A stretch of DNA of 64,000 nt from Octopus bimaculoides (taxonomy: Eukaryota): positions 59,348,993-59,412,992 of the forward strand of contig NC_068988.1 of NCBI RefSeq assembly GCF_001194135.2, in the 5' to 3' direction. Positions 52,331 to 64,000 of this stretch are shown piece after piece. How positions within the stretch are numbered: position 1 is the first letter of the stretch; every line of letters starts with the position of its first letter. The notes under the pieces were generated by a model. It had not been told where the DNA came from, did not search any database, and worked only from the letters and a program-made list of their open reading frames with translations. The position numbers were made by a program, and so were the translations under genes.

Positions 52331-53739
52331 ACGGATCTTTACCAAATAATATTCCAGTATAGAAAATATTGGCTACGATTCTTACGGTAGAAAGGACATG
52401 CAAAACCTACTAAGGGCATGAAAGTAATACAGTTACCAAGAAAATGTTTGCAAGAGACAAATGAGAGGAGGGAACATTATTAGACGAAGTAAACAGATAA
52501 GATAAATAGATTAAATGTCGAAGTAATAAAATGATATGACTAAATAAATCAATCGAAATTATAAAATGAACCAATAAATCTATTAAATGGTGAATGAACA
52601 TATGTAAAGTCAGTAAGTATCCGTTTCATCCTCGTAGTCAAAACTAGAATATTGAACGTATAGATTGAAAATTCCTAGAAATTGGTGATTAAAAAAGTAA
52701 ATAAAGTTAGATGAAGGCAATTAAATGGTGTCATAAAGGAAAGAGTAAAAGTTCTAAAGGCGTAAATCTAATTTTTTGCCTGTGTTGAGGCTGTCCTTTT
52801 CTAATGAAGGGAATTCGACTATTGAATTGAAAACAGCCATATACTATAAAATGGGTGAATGTAATCAAATAAATTGCTTCAAAAACATTAGTATTCCAAA
52901 ATATACGTGATTCTGTGTGCGTGAACGTTTGGGTGATAGTATGTATATGTATTAATACATGTCGATATATGAATATGAAAACTAACATATATACGTACAT
53001 ACAGACATACATATTTAATCACGTGTTGTAAATGTATGTGTGAGTGAGCGTATGTCAAATAAAAACTAACTGCCGTCTTTAAAGATTCACAAATCAAAGC
53101 TTTAGAATTACCGCAGGTACGCTAGAGCTGAAATTATCTAGCTTCAGATATTTCCATCTATAAATCTGTTACAATTTAAAAAAAAAAAATCTGTAAGCGA
53201 AACAAGAGAGAACCAAAATTTGACTAAATTTTGTACGATCCAAGAGGAAAAAAATACATTAAATCACATATCTGGATTGAATTCTTTAAGCCAGCATTGA
53301 AGACATCTGCATGTTCATCAATTTTAAGTCAAATAGATTCGTGCAGGAAACTTCTTTGCGCCAATAAAACTAGTTCAGAATAACCACCATATACAATGGA
53401 AAATTCTCTAGTTTCCGTTTTACTTCTCCTATAATCAGACGTCACCTTTCGTTTTAGTTTCTGTTCTCTTAACCTTTTTCCTTTTCTTCCTCTCTTCTTC
53501 AACATTCTTCTCTCCTCCTGCTACTGCCAATAATAACACTATTAATAATAATGATATTAAAAATATTAATACTACATTTTCTCTACATTTCCCTATGTTC
53601 CTTGGTTTTACTTTTCCATTTATTACAATTCCTCTGAATATATTAAGATTTGCTTTTGTATGCAAAGAATAACTGAAAAAGTTGTTTCTTGAGTCATTTC
53701 ATGGGAAGATATTGAAGGATTCATATCTATGTACGCATG

Positions 53740-53826
53740 TCTCTCTCTTTCCCTCTCTCTCTCTCGCTCTCTCTCACTCTCTCTCATTCTTTCTCTCTCT
53801 CTCTCTCTCTCTCTCTCCCTCTCTCT
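53740..53826. repeat. (CT)n microsatellite
   Basis: Direct reading. Confidence 0.95.
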
Positions 53827-54659
53827 TACACACAAAATCTCTGTCGCTTTGATTCATGGCCTTAATCAGGGGCACTCAGGATTTCACAAGACAGTTGCTG
53901 TGAACATCCACGAAAACGGGACACAAGTGCCCATAAGAAAACGTATGTTTCGTCATACACTCACTGACTGAAATATCTTAGAGTGTGGGGCCAGTCAAAG
54001 GCCTTCCCCATCCATATCGATGACTGCTTCATACAGAGGTCAACACCTACCTAGATATCTCACTTGCTGTTTTACTGAGAATTTGTCATCAGTGATACGA
54101 CTTCGTGTAACAAGGGTGACCTTTTTGCCATTCATTATAATTCGATTGCTTTATAATTTTGCAATTAATCGTTACCGTGAATTTTATAAGATTTTCAAAT
54201 AGTTTAATATCTAATTAGATTGCTCGTTTAAGTACACGTCCTTAGTTTTTCTTACAATATCAAATGATACAACAACCTAAGCAATGGAGTATTACAACTT
54301 ACTGTATTACGTAATGGACAATTCGAGTGGATAGCCTGTATCTTAGTCAGCTAGGTAATTTAATTACCTCACTGATTATCCTTAATCGATCAAATGAAAA
54401 GCTACTTTCCTAACCTTTATATCATAAATTGATCTTTCTTCTACATTGCTGTAAAATGGAGAAGCTTGAAAAGTCTAAATGGCCGTAGTCTCAAATCTCT
54501 TGCATATTTCAAATATATTAAGCACATATAGTAGAACTTCAATGCTTCTCCTCTCCATCACTACTAACAGAGCCAGTGTAGTCGTCATTCCGCACATTTT
54601 ACTCCACAAAACCATGATAATTTATGAGAGCATTGCCTAGCAATGCAAAACACAGTAAA

Positions 54660-55200
54660 AACATGAGATACGAAAACGAATGAGTTCAATACGCAAACAA
54701 CGAGAGAAACAAATGGAAAACAGGATAAGCAACATAAAGAACGACCCTTCATCAGTTGTCTTCTGGCTATTTTTGTACTCCTCATTTCGAGCACTGAACG
54801 ACAAAATGAAACTTCGAAGACAGTTGCTTCCATAATTACCAAAATATAATTTTGGATTTATGGAAGGTCAAATTTGGTAACAAAAACAGGACAGAGGAGA
54901 TATATAAGGAAACCGACCGAAAACAAACATGGATGGTTGTAGGAACCAGAACGAAGGTAAAATAGCGACCGCTGGAGAACTATATTCTTTGACAAGAAAA
55001 AAAGATAGAAGAGAGAGACAGGATACGCCCAGTCTTTAGGATAGCCCTGAAAGAAAAGAAAAATGACCACGAAAGGAAAATAAAGATGAACGATGGTCAC
55101 GTGTGAGCAACAAAAGAGAGTAAAGGAGAAAGAGGAAGAGAGAGACAGAGAGAGAGAGTGAGAGAGAGAGTGAGAGAGAGAAAGAGATAGATAGATAGAT

Positions 55201-55241
<41 letters not shown>

Positions 55242-55400
55242 GAGGCAATGGTGAAGGGGGCAAAATGAATTAGAGAAAGGAGAGAGAATTAGCGAGAAAA
55301 CGTTAGGGGAAGAAAACAGTACAGTGTAGAATCGAATTAAAAAGATTAAGAGAAACTTAGTTGGAAATGGATGCGTGGCGTTCAATCAAATAATAATATA
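54660..55400 (-). repeat. Interspersed repeat family copy A (inverted relative to copy B at 55450-56045)
   Basis: Reverse complement shares ttgctcacacgtgacca, ccatgttYgtt, ataaatcc, gacaactgatgaag and ctcgttgtttRcgtatt with copy B. Confidence 0.8.
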
Positions 55401-55449
55401 AATAATATATATACCGAACGCAGCGCATACAATTTTCACGTCAGTTTAT

Positions 55450-56045
55450 CTTCACCTGTTTGATGCCACTCTCTATACTATACTGTTTTCTTCCTCCATC
55501 CTTTTCTAATTCCATTTTACTCCTCATCCCTCATTCACCATTTTCTATCTTTTTCTCTTTCTCTTCCTCCCCTCTTTCTCTCTTTTTCTCTCTCTCTCTC
55601 TCGTTGCTCACACGTGACCATTCTCCATCTTTCTTTTCCTCACGTGACTGTCTTTATTTTCCTGCACAGCAGTTTAAAATGAGCAGACGTGTTTTTCGCT
55701 TTTTTTCTATTCTTCTTCCTTTCCAAAAACATGTTTCTCCCAGCTTTTACAATTTTTTCTCGTTCTGATCTAACCACTCTCCATGTTCGTTTTCATTCGG
55801 TTTTCTTGTATGTCTCTACCGTCATTTTTTCCTTCCCAAAGTTGACCCTCTATAAATCCTCAATTTTATTTTAGTATATATGGGAGCAGCTGTCTTTGAA
55901 GATTCATATTGTCGTTGAAAGCTCAAGATGAGAAGTAGATAGACAGCCGACAACTGATGAAGTGTCTTTTTCTGTATTTACTTGACCTGTTCTCTACTTT
56001 CTCTGCGCATTTCACTCGCTTTGCCCTCGTTTGTTTACGTATTTC
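55450..56045 (+). repeat. Interspersed repeat family copy B
   Basis: Same shared blocks as copy A; a third, internally deleted copy lies at ~59810-60035. Confidence 0.8.
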
Positions 56046-56618
56046 AAGTTATTAGCACCGTTGGTGACGTTCTGTACACATATATGCATGTATATACAGA
56101 CATATACATGTACACACATATATATGTATCCTATTTATTATTCAATTGAACGCGACGCATCCATTTCCAAGCATATATATATATATATATATATATAGGT
56201 AGATAGATAAATAGACAGACAGACAGACAGGAAGATAAATAGATAGATAGATAGATAGATGGATAGATAGATGAACATACGTATATACAAAGCTATATAA
56301 ATGCACATGTCAGACATGACAAATTATGCAATTTCAAATAAAAAAAGTTTTCTAAGTACGGCGGAGTGTTAATTCCTATGTTAGCGAAGTTTAACAGTCA
56401 GACAGTTTAACATAGTTACTAAATATTCTTCAAAGGCAGTTGGGCAACATTCCTGACAGTAATGACTAAGTGCAGCCCAGGCGATGAAACTTCACAGAGA
56501 TGTAGGTGTGCCATTTCCAAAATCATTTTAATATTAGAAAAGTGTCGTTCATCATGTACCTACTCACCTACTTATAAATATCTCTTACCCGATAAAAATA
56601 AGATTTAAATGCAACTTT

Positions 56619-57279
56619 GAATCTATTTCAAAACGGGGGCACCAGTTTTCATTTATGTTTTATGTAGTGTTTTTGGTACCGAAAGACTTTCAAACTTCGT
56701 ATACTTATCTATTTTGTGTTATAGAACAGAAAAACATTTTTGTACTCGAATTTATTTCATGTAAAAAATTGTCTTATTTCGATAATTTCTACTAATCACT
56801 GACGTCTATTCAGTTGAAAACAGTTAGCGCTGTAACGGTGTATATCGTATTAATCCCCTAACCCTAACCCTAACCCTAACTAGACTGTTAACCCTAACCC
56901 TAACCCTAAAACTAACCCTAACTCTAGAATCCGAACTCTAAAATGGTTACACACATAGATACGCACAGCGTAATTTATTATATAAACAGTATATGCGTAT
57001 AAATTACGATTAAACCGGATGAAATATGTCACAGGGAATAACATTTTTATGACCGCCGAGCAGTACCTCTATTCAGCTGAATAGACGTCAGTGATTGGTT
57101 GAAATTACAGAAATACGACAACTTTAACATGGAATAACTTGCGATGTACGTTTTTTTGTTAAGAAGACTAAGAGAAAAAGATGTTTTATATGACACATTC
57201 TACCAGTGTCCCAAGTTTCAAAGTGTTTCGTTAGTGTTTCGTTAAGAAAATACTGGTGCCCCCGTTTTGAAATAGATCC
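56619..57279. mobile_element. MITE with 26-bp perfect TIRs, 8-bp TSD and internal (CCCTAA)n; Merlin-like
   Basis: atctatttcaaaacgggggcaccagt (56621-56646) and its exact inverse (57252-57277). Flanks gcaacttt and gcatcttt match 7/8. Internal 20-bp inverted pair at 56794-56813 and 57077-57096. Confidence 0.85.
56856..56925. repeat. Interstitial telomere-type (CCCTAA)n repeats
   Basis: ccctaaccctaaccctaaccctaac, then a second interrupted run after tagactgt. Confidence 0.9.
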
Positions 57280-57899
57280 GCATCTTTTAATAGATATTTC
57301 CCTTTTTCTTTAATCTACCTCGCACAATCACGAACAAACTTGTATATGCATATAGATATTGATGTGTAAGTTTGTGTATTTCTGAGTGTGTGCTTAGCAT
57401 ATGTGCGTTATTATCCGTGTGTATATGTCTCTGTGTGTATGATTTCATATATACATATATATATATGAAGAAATAGAAGTTAAAAATGCATTGGAAATAG
57501 TTAAAGTAATTTTTATTAATATATTTAAAGTTATAACCGGTTTTACATTTCACACTTATTTTTTAAAATTTTCGACGTGGTTTATGTCGCAGTTGTCTTG
57601 CTTCTGTTTAGTGTTTGAAACCGGCACTATTTTTATAGGCAGATCACAGCTCAAATTAGTATATGTTTTGAATAGGATATGATTAGTAGAGGATAGTCAC
57701 ATGACTGATTTATAGAAATGTTTGTATGCTGCCCGCTACGTTCGTGTGTTAGTATCAAGTGACAATCTTTGGCATGATAAGTTAAGGCTGACACGTTTGA
57801 CTGAACATGTCATCCGATGCGCACTAATAATATCCCCTTTACCCTATCAAGAAGAATGTGCACAATTGTTTCAAACCCTGAAAGTCGCAATAACAGACT

Positions 57900-58130
57900 C
57901 TAGGAACAAAAAGAAATAATACTTAATAGACTATATACAGAAATGCTAATACACAACGGAAGAGAACGTGCCAAAGCCAGAAATATCGAAGAGTTACAAA
58001 AAACGTAAAACGCTTCTAATATATTAAAAATTCTACCCTTTATTACAACATACAATCCACGAAAAACAGGTTTACAATATTATCCAGCTTATCAATCTTA
58101 CATATGGGCAAACTTTTCAAACGTTTTACA
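57900..58130 (+). mobile_element. PLE RT thumb/linker fragment (same type as 1385-2390)
   Basis: LIHNGRERAKARNIEELQKT*..ILPFITTYNPR parallels DDGSKRAKKL..STHKPRNNE in the 1.4-2.4 kb copy. Confidence 0.7.
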
Positions 58131-58283
58131 TGAACAAACCATTATTACTGAAATTGCTTTCCATATTTTCTACGGACTGCTCGAATCTTACTATTTTCCT
58201 ACCTTTTGATACTTGGATCTCACCGTTACATACATACAAACATACATACATACATACATGCATACACACACAGAGACAAACAA

Positions 58284-58341
<58 letters not shown>

Positions 58342-59019
58342 GTGCAAACGCAAACACATGCACTGCCATACACTCTTCGCATACAAATACATATAATCTT
58401 AAATTTCTATCGATAAATGCTGATAATATTAATATACCTGTGATGTGAAATAGGCAGGACGCGTTTGGTGACAATTTGTGTCGTTATTCTTAAGTGAAGC
58501 ATCATCAATCATCTTGATGCTAATACGTCATCTGCTCCTGTATAGAAAATATACACTTCTCCTATTGTGATCGGACTATTGCTTTTTTTTCTCTGCTGTA
58601 GGTTTGTATATATCAATAAAGGTCCATTCATCCTACGATATTTCTATATTTAAAACTGTTGCTGGACAGCGTTTTATTGATTTTTCTTGTCAGCTTATAT
58701 ACGAATATCACAAGGTATCGTTATTTGATCAAACTATATTAAATGCATGAGTTGCATTATATACTACAAAAGCAAACAATTTTCGGTAAAATCAAAGCTA
58801 AACTGCCATGCTAAAGAAGTTTTTTCACCGCTATTTCTAGAGTTTATATGCAAAAATCATTCAACGCACACATGCCCACATATATGTGTGTCGGACTCTG
58901 TCGCCTCCCCCTCTCTCTGTATATGTGTGTTTGTGCATGTATATAGTGTAAGGCATTTGAGAAGAAAGTTGTTTGGTTTAGAAAAAACATACTTATAACG
59001 GGAAACAATTTAATTAATG

Positions 59020-59480
59020 AAAAAAATTGTACATATAAACTAGATTATCGTCTTTATGATCTTGTTCAATATAGCCACCTTCAGCATGAATAATTGCTAC
59101 CGTACGAGATCTAAATCTTCTACATGCCCGAATTAAATGTGCTTGGTTCAAGTCAGACATTACTCTACCTATGGCGGTTTTCAAAGGGATGTTGACTGAC
59201 CTGTCTCTGACTCGGAAAAAAGTTTTATGCATTGTAGTCCAATTATGTAATGTGGTGATGAAAATTGTCAGAAATCTATTCTTGGATTGCTTGAATTCTA
59301 TTTGAGGCGGCAGTCCTACTGAAATATGTACAGCTTTCAATTACATATTCTGTCTCTCTATGACCTAGCAGCTGTTTCCAGGAACTGAATGCAGCCAGCA
59401 GTTTTAAAACTAGGGCCTTTTGGAAAGAAATAACCACATACCATATGTACTTCATTACTGACAACTGCCAATATTATGAC
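59020..59480 (-). mobile_element. Tc1/mariner (maT-like) transposase C-terminal relic
   Basis: LKTAIGRVMSDLNQAHLIRACRRFRSRTVAIIHAEGGYIE is the typical C-terminal 'AC..F..R..A.I.A.GG..E' signature. Confidence 0.8.
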
Positions 59481-59809
59481 AATATTAAGTAATTGCGTGT
59501 GCATAACATTTGGAGTTTCAGACGTGCTTCAAAATAAACATAGGTAGTTTTTGTTTGGTTAACTTTCTGTTCCTGATCTAATTATTTCAGATATGAGAAA
59601 AACCAAATCATGTCCTGAAAAACCAAATCATGTCTTGTTTTCTTTTTCTGACATGAGTTGAACTATTCTCATCCGCGAGACTTGTATCGGGTGCCTTCGT
59701 GGAAACATCTATGATTGTCTCTTCTGACGAATGTAAATCGTGTGTGATTATGTATACGTATATATGTGTAAGAGTGCATGGGTGTATGGTGTATGTATAT
59801 GCATAGTTT

Positions 59810-60035
59810 TACCTGCGGTATGTCTAACGATCCTCCATGTTTCTTGTCGTTCGGTTTTCTTGTATGTCTCCACTGTGCTGTTTTTGTTACCAACTTTTAC
59901 CCTGCATAAATCCCAAATATTATGTTGGCTTTTGTGGGAGCAACTACCTTCTAAGACTCATATTGTTATTCAATGCGTATATTCAACTCATTTGGTTTCG
60001 TATTTCATGTTGTTTACTGTTTGTTTTGTGAAAAC
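59810..60035 (+). repeat. Third, deleted copy of the 54.7-56.0 kb repeat family
   Basis: ccatgtttcttgtcgttcggttttcttgtatgtctc..gttaccaac..ataaatccc..aactcatt matches copies A and B. Confidence 0.75.
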
Positions 60036-62799
60036 CCATCTATGCATATGTATATATATATATATATATATAAGTAAAATATATGTAATTTCAAGCATGG
60101 TATACAAGGATCTAATGCAGATTATGCATAGGNNNNNNNNNNAACTACAGAAGGCTTGTGTTACATGGTTAAAGTATATATTTAAATTATGTCAGAAAAA
60201 TGATATAAATGTTATAAAATTTTTTGGGTATATAAATATTGTATTTGGAGAAATAACCGGTTTCGTGTTGACTTTTAAAATTTCTCTACTTCATGGTAAC
60301 ATGTCTTCGCTCCCATGTGTAAAAAAATAGTTCTAGATAGGGGGAGGTATACCAATTTTCTCACCTATATATATATATATATATATAAGTAAAATATATG
60401 TAATTTCAAGCATGGTATACAAGGATCTAATGCAGATTATGCATAGGAAGTGTATTTTGATATATTCTCATCGTGGTGAGGTAACAATGAAATTTAATAA
60501 TTTTCAATTAATATCAACTACAATAGTGATAATTATGTCCTTGAAAATTGTTGGCGATTTTTATAGAATACTTCAATGTCTTGTGTGGATGGACGGCATT
60601 GTTAAAAAGTTGCAAACAATGGTCACATATTATTTCAAGAAGAATATACAGTTTAACCTTAATTTAGATACAACTACGGTGACATTACCACAAATATAGA
60701 CGGCGTTTATTACAGTGTTGACTGTTAATCACATGTTGGCTTTTGAAAAAAACAAAATTGCCTTCGTATTGACTACGAAATAATTCAAGAATTGTAGTAT
60801 GAGATGTGTAGGGAAAACAATAGTGCTCCTCTTTTTGATAAATGTAAAACATCAGTGGATTCGAGACAAACGATAATTCAATCAATAATTGATCATCAAC
60901 AGAAAATAAATACGCCTAGATGCAAGTTTTTCAATGTTTTCGGCATTTAAACTATTTATCATAAATTAGATATTTGTGCAAACTAAATGCGTAATCAGCT
61001 TATTTAACCTAGTTTACAATCCTTTTATTCCGATTTAAATACGATGTTTCATGTATATTTCTCGACTAATCACATAATACTGTAAGCAGTAATATGTCAT
61101 TACTCTAAGCAAAATTGTCTCCGAAAATTGCGACAGTTACCATTACTTGTGTCATTAATTTAATCGATTAAATTTAAATTCATTTCACATATTTTACATT
61201 GTAAGTTCAAATTAAATTTTTACTTCATTCCATTTATTCGTGTGTGAGGAAACATATCTAGTTAAGTCCGCTATACTGAATATGCCATTCTTGTGGCTTT
61301 ATAACAATCCAAGTAAACTTTTAGAAAATTATAGCTCATAAAATGTTTCAAATATTCTTCGCTTTCCAAAACAACTTGTAGTTAATTTCATTAAGTGTGT
61401 AAAGTACTTACATACATTTTATTGACTATCACATGAAATTAGCTGGTAATATATTTATATATCTAATACATACTTATTAATGTACATTCAAATTTGAATT
61501 CATATCATTAATTTTAAAAGTTTATTGAAATTATTCACAATATCAAAACTTCAATGATACGGGCAAATAACTGCAGGATTATAACATTTTATGGCTTTCT
61601 AAAATATGATTAATACTCTATCGTATTTCAAATCCTCTAACGCTGAATACTTTTTAACTACAATCTTCACTACGAATATTTATTCCACGCATATTTTTTT
61701 TTTACTTGCGGCCTTTTTTTTTGTTTTTCTTTGAAAGCAGTTCAATGGAAAAAAACAAACTGTTAAACATCCAAAAAAATATAGTGTTTTTGTCAACGTT
61801 ACAGTCTTCACTTCTATATTTTCAAAAGCAATATTTGTAGCAACTTTCACGAAATATATGGGGTTTCATACTACTGTAGCTTCACGTTCAGTTACATTAC
61901 GTTCCGATTATATTTACATGATCCATTACTGTGTTTACAGATATTTTAACCCCTCCCATGCTAATTAAGTCGAATTGAATCTATGCTAATTCATCTCACT
62001 CACCCTGCATCTATATCTACATTCCATTAATAACTTTCGAATAGAAAAATAAAACCTTCAGCTCAACTTCGAAGAAATTTTCAAAGTTTACGAATATATG
62101 AAAAATACCGATGCTATTTGACTATTCGGCAACTGAATGCATGTGTTCTTATACATTTAAGAGTTTACGGGTAGCTTTCTTGAAAGTAAATGCCCTTCAC
62201 AAATACTTAAATGTATTTTCTATCGGAATCTGCAATACATTTCGCAAGTGACTTTCACTAAAACCGTGAGCCAAACAATGACCTTGGCAGAACGTATACG
62301 TAAAGTGGGTGTATGCATATACATATATGCCTGTCGGCATGCACGCATACATACATACATACATACATGCATACATACATACATACATACATATATACGT
62401 ATGCGTGTTTGTGTAGGGTAAAGTGTAACTGGATTTGAGACATATTGGATATGTCTAGTTGATGTTAGGCTTCAATGTGACCGAAATCAAATCATTCTTC
62501 TCTAGATATCTGGTGCAATAGAATCATTAAATGAACCCATGTAACTTTAGATAATATGGAGCTGGGTCAAATAGCTAAAATGCGTTGAATGCTACTTTCG
62601 TTTTTTTACTCATGTATATAGTGGATATGAAGATACTCATTAAAAATAGATATTCACCTGATGGAAAACTTTGTTCCTGATGCTTGGTCGCATTTAACTC
62701 CACATATGCTGAGTGTGTGATTATACATGTCTTGTGTAAATATTTATGGTTAATAATACTCTGTGTCTTAGATAAAAGGCTTCAAATTTTTCAAGAAAG

Positions 62800-63170
62800 G
62801 GCTAATTGGTTACACCGACCCTGGTTCTTGTCAGAATATAGTCGATGACGTGCCCGTGTTTAGGCAGTTGGTGTTTCCAGATGGTCATTTGTCGGGTAGA
62901 GAGACGAATTAGGGACGGCGAAGCAAGCAGGTCAATCAAATTTCAATGAGGGCAATCTTAATCTCGAAAGGATTGAGTCCAGTGGATGAGGTCAAAGCCT
63001 TGCGGGCAGATGTGACAAAGAAGGAGAGACTCCCACAGCTCGCTGCAACCAGCTTCATCAAGAGTGCACGTATCAATTCCTGTGCCACAGTGAAGTTCCT
63101 GGTCAAGTGCGTGCGGGAGGCCGTTGAACAACCACGATCACCCCAAACGATTTACTCAGCGACTGGATTC
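62800..63170 (-). mobile_element. RTE-type LINE relic (RT and APE endonuclease fragments)
   Basis: GC-rich island. Minus strand TIWKHQLPKHGHVIDYILTR (APE 'W.HP..K..H.IDY') and, with frameshifts, K-A/G-FDLIH..DCP (RT motif A). Confidence 0.55.
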
Positions 63171-63315
63171 GTCGTTATACAAATAGTTTTATTTCTATGA
63201 TTAATTACATAATACGTAATATATATTTCAAGAATTCCTTTCTCAAACATTTATTCCTTGTAATATCTTACATTATCCGTATGATTTCGTTTCAGTTAAT
63301 ACATGCATGCATATC

Positions 63316-63316
<1 letters not shown>

Positions 63317-63375
<59 letters not shown>

Positions 63376-63405
63376 TCTGTGTGTGTGTGTATGTGTGTGT
63401 GTGTG
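63317..63405. repeat. (GT)n microsatellite
   Basis: Direct reading. Confidence 0.95.
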
Positions 63406-64000
63406 AGTATACGTATAACTGTGCGTGTTCGTTTCTTAAACGAACAACTCCAAAGCCTAACTTCTATGGTATTCACGTTACAACCTGTCTACAAATGTCG
63501 ACGAATATGGTGAAATTTAGTAGGAAAGGAAACGTAAAAATAGAAGGGCGGTTTATTTCAATTACTAATCGGGATATTTTACCACTTTCTCTTCTGCAAA
63601 GCCTACCTCCTAAAATATTTCATTACTTGCACGAACAGTTCAGTGCTCAATGTATCCATTTATATTCTGAAGCTATTCTCACACCAGTCAGCTCTGTTGC
63701 ATTTACCCCAAAATAAGTTCATCCTTTCAATATGTAGTTCCCCGCTCTTGGGTCCTCGATCATTTCCTTTCGAATACTTTCGCTACATTTCAACACGAGA
63801 AGCTGTTCCTCTCGTTTCTAGATATGTTCTCTTTGATTTTCCATTGTGTTCTGATCGTGGGAGGTCAGTGATGGGACTTGCCATAACAACACCGGAACTG
63901 TGTTATTTTATTGCTCTGATGTCTGTAACTTCTTGTCGATAGCTCTGCTTCTCCCCTTATTTGTTTCTTTTCTGTTCCAATTCACAGGTACTTAGAGTAA

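Noticed and set aside
54750-55965. gacaaCTGATGAag in both arms of the 54.7-56 kb repeat as a hammerhead
   Set aside because: A ttgtc/gacaa stem exists, but no GAAA is positioned for any hammerhead topology.
60050-60447. Exact ~80-bp duplication (about 60050-60132 and 60366-60447)
   Set aside because: The first copy ends at a 10-N gap; most likely a contig-overlap assembly artefact.
79-63942. Most ORFs in the supplied track ([16 protein letters not shown] and X-rich)
   Set aside because: They are translations of dinucleotide/trinucleotide microsatellites or run through N gaps; no protein signal.
1-64000. CRISPR arrays, tRNA/rRNA genes or prokaryotic systems
   Set aside because: No repeat-spacer array or RNA-gene fold; B-box motifs belong to SINEs; the sequence is eukaryotic repeat-rich DNA.

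Overview
AT-rich eukaryotic genomic DNA, dense in microsatellites, with many N gaps that mostly abut (AT)n runs. The tRNA-type SINE family and repeat content resemble an octopus/cephalopod assembly (recognition from memory, not verified). No intact protein-coding gene is visible, and most ORFs in the track are microsatellite or gap artefacts. The window is mostly decayed transposons: Penelope-like elements (PLEs) of two structural types, an R4/Dong-type restriction-like-endonuclease retrotransposon sitting in (AAT)n, RTE and L1/Tx1 fragments, mariner/Tc1 relics and MITEs, and several SINEs. The most notable signal is minimal type-I hammerhead ribozyme motifs at four loci: ~18.65 kb (intact), ~31.8/32.5 kb (an inverted pair, one split by a SINE insertion), ~39.56 kb and ~47.0 kb. 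All have self-complementary or near self-complementary helix III. Two belong to one short non-coding repeat family whose helix I covaries. Also present: a duplicated 109-nt minus-strand candidate exon with a conserved upstream block, and a Merlin-like MITE carrying (CCCTAA)n telomere-type repeats.
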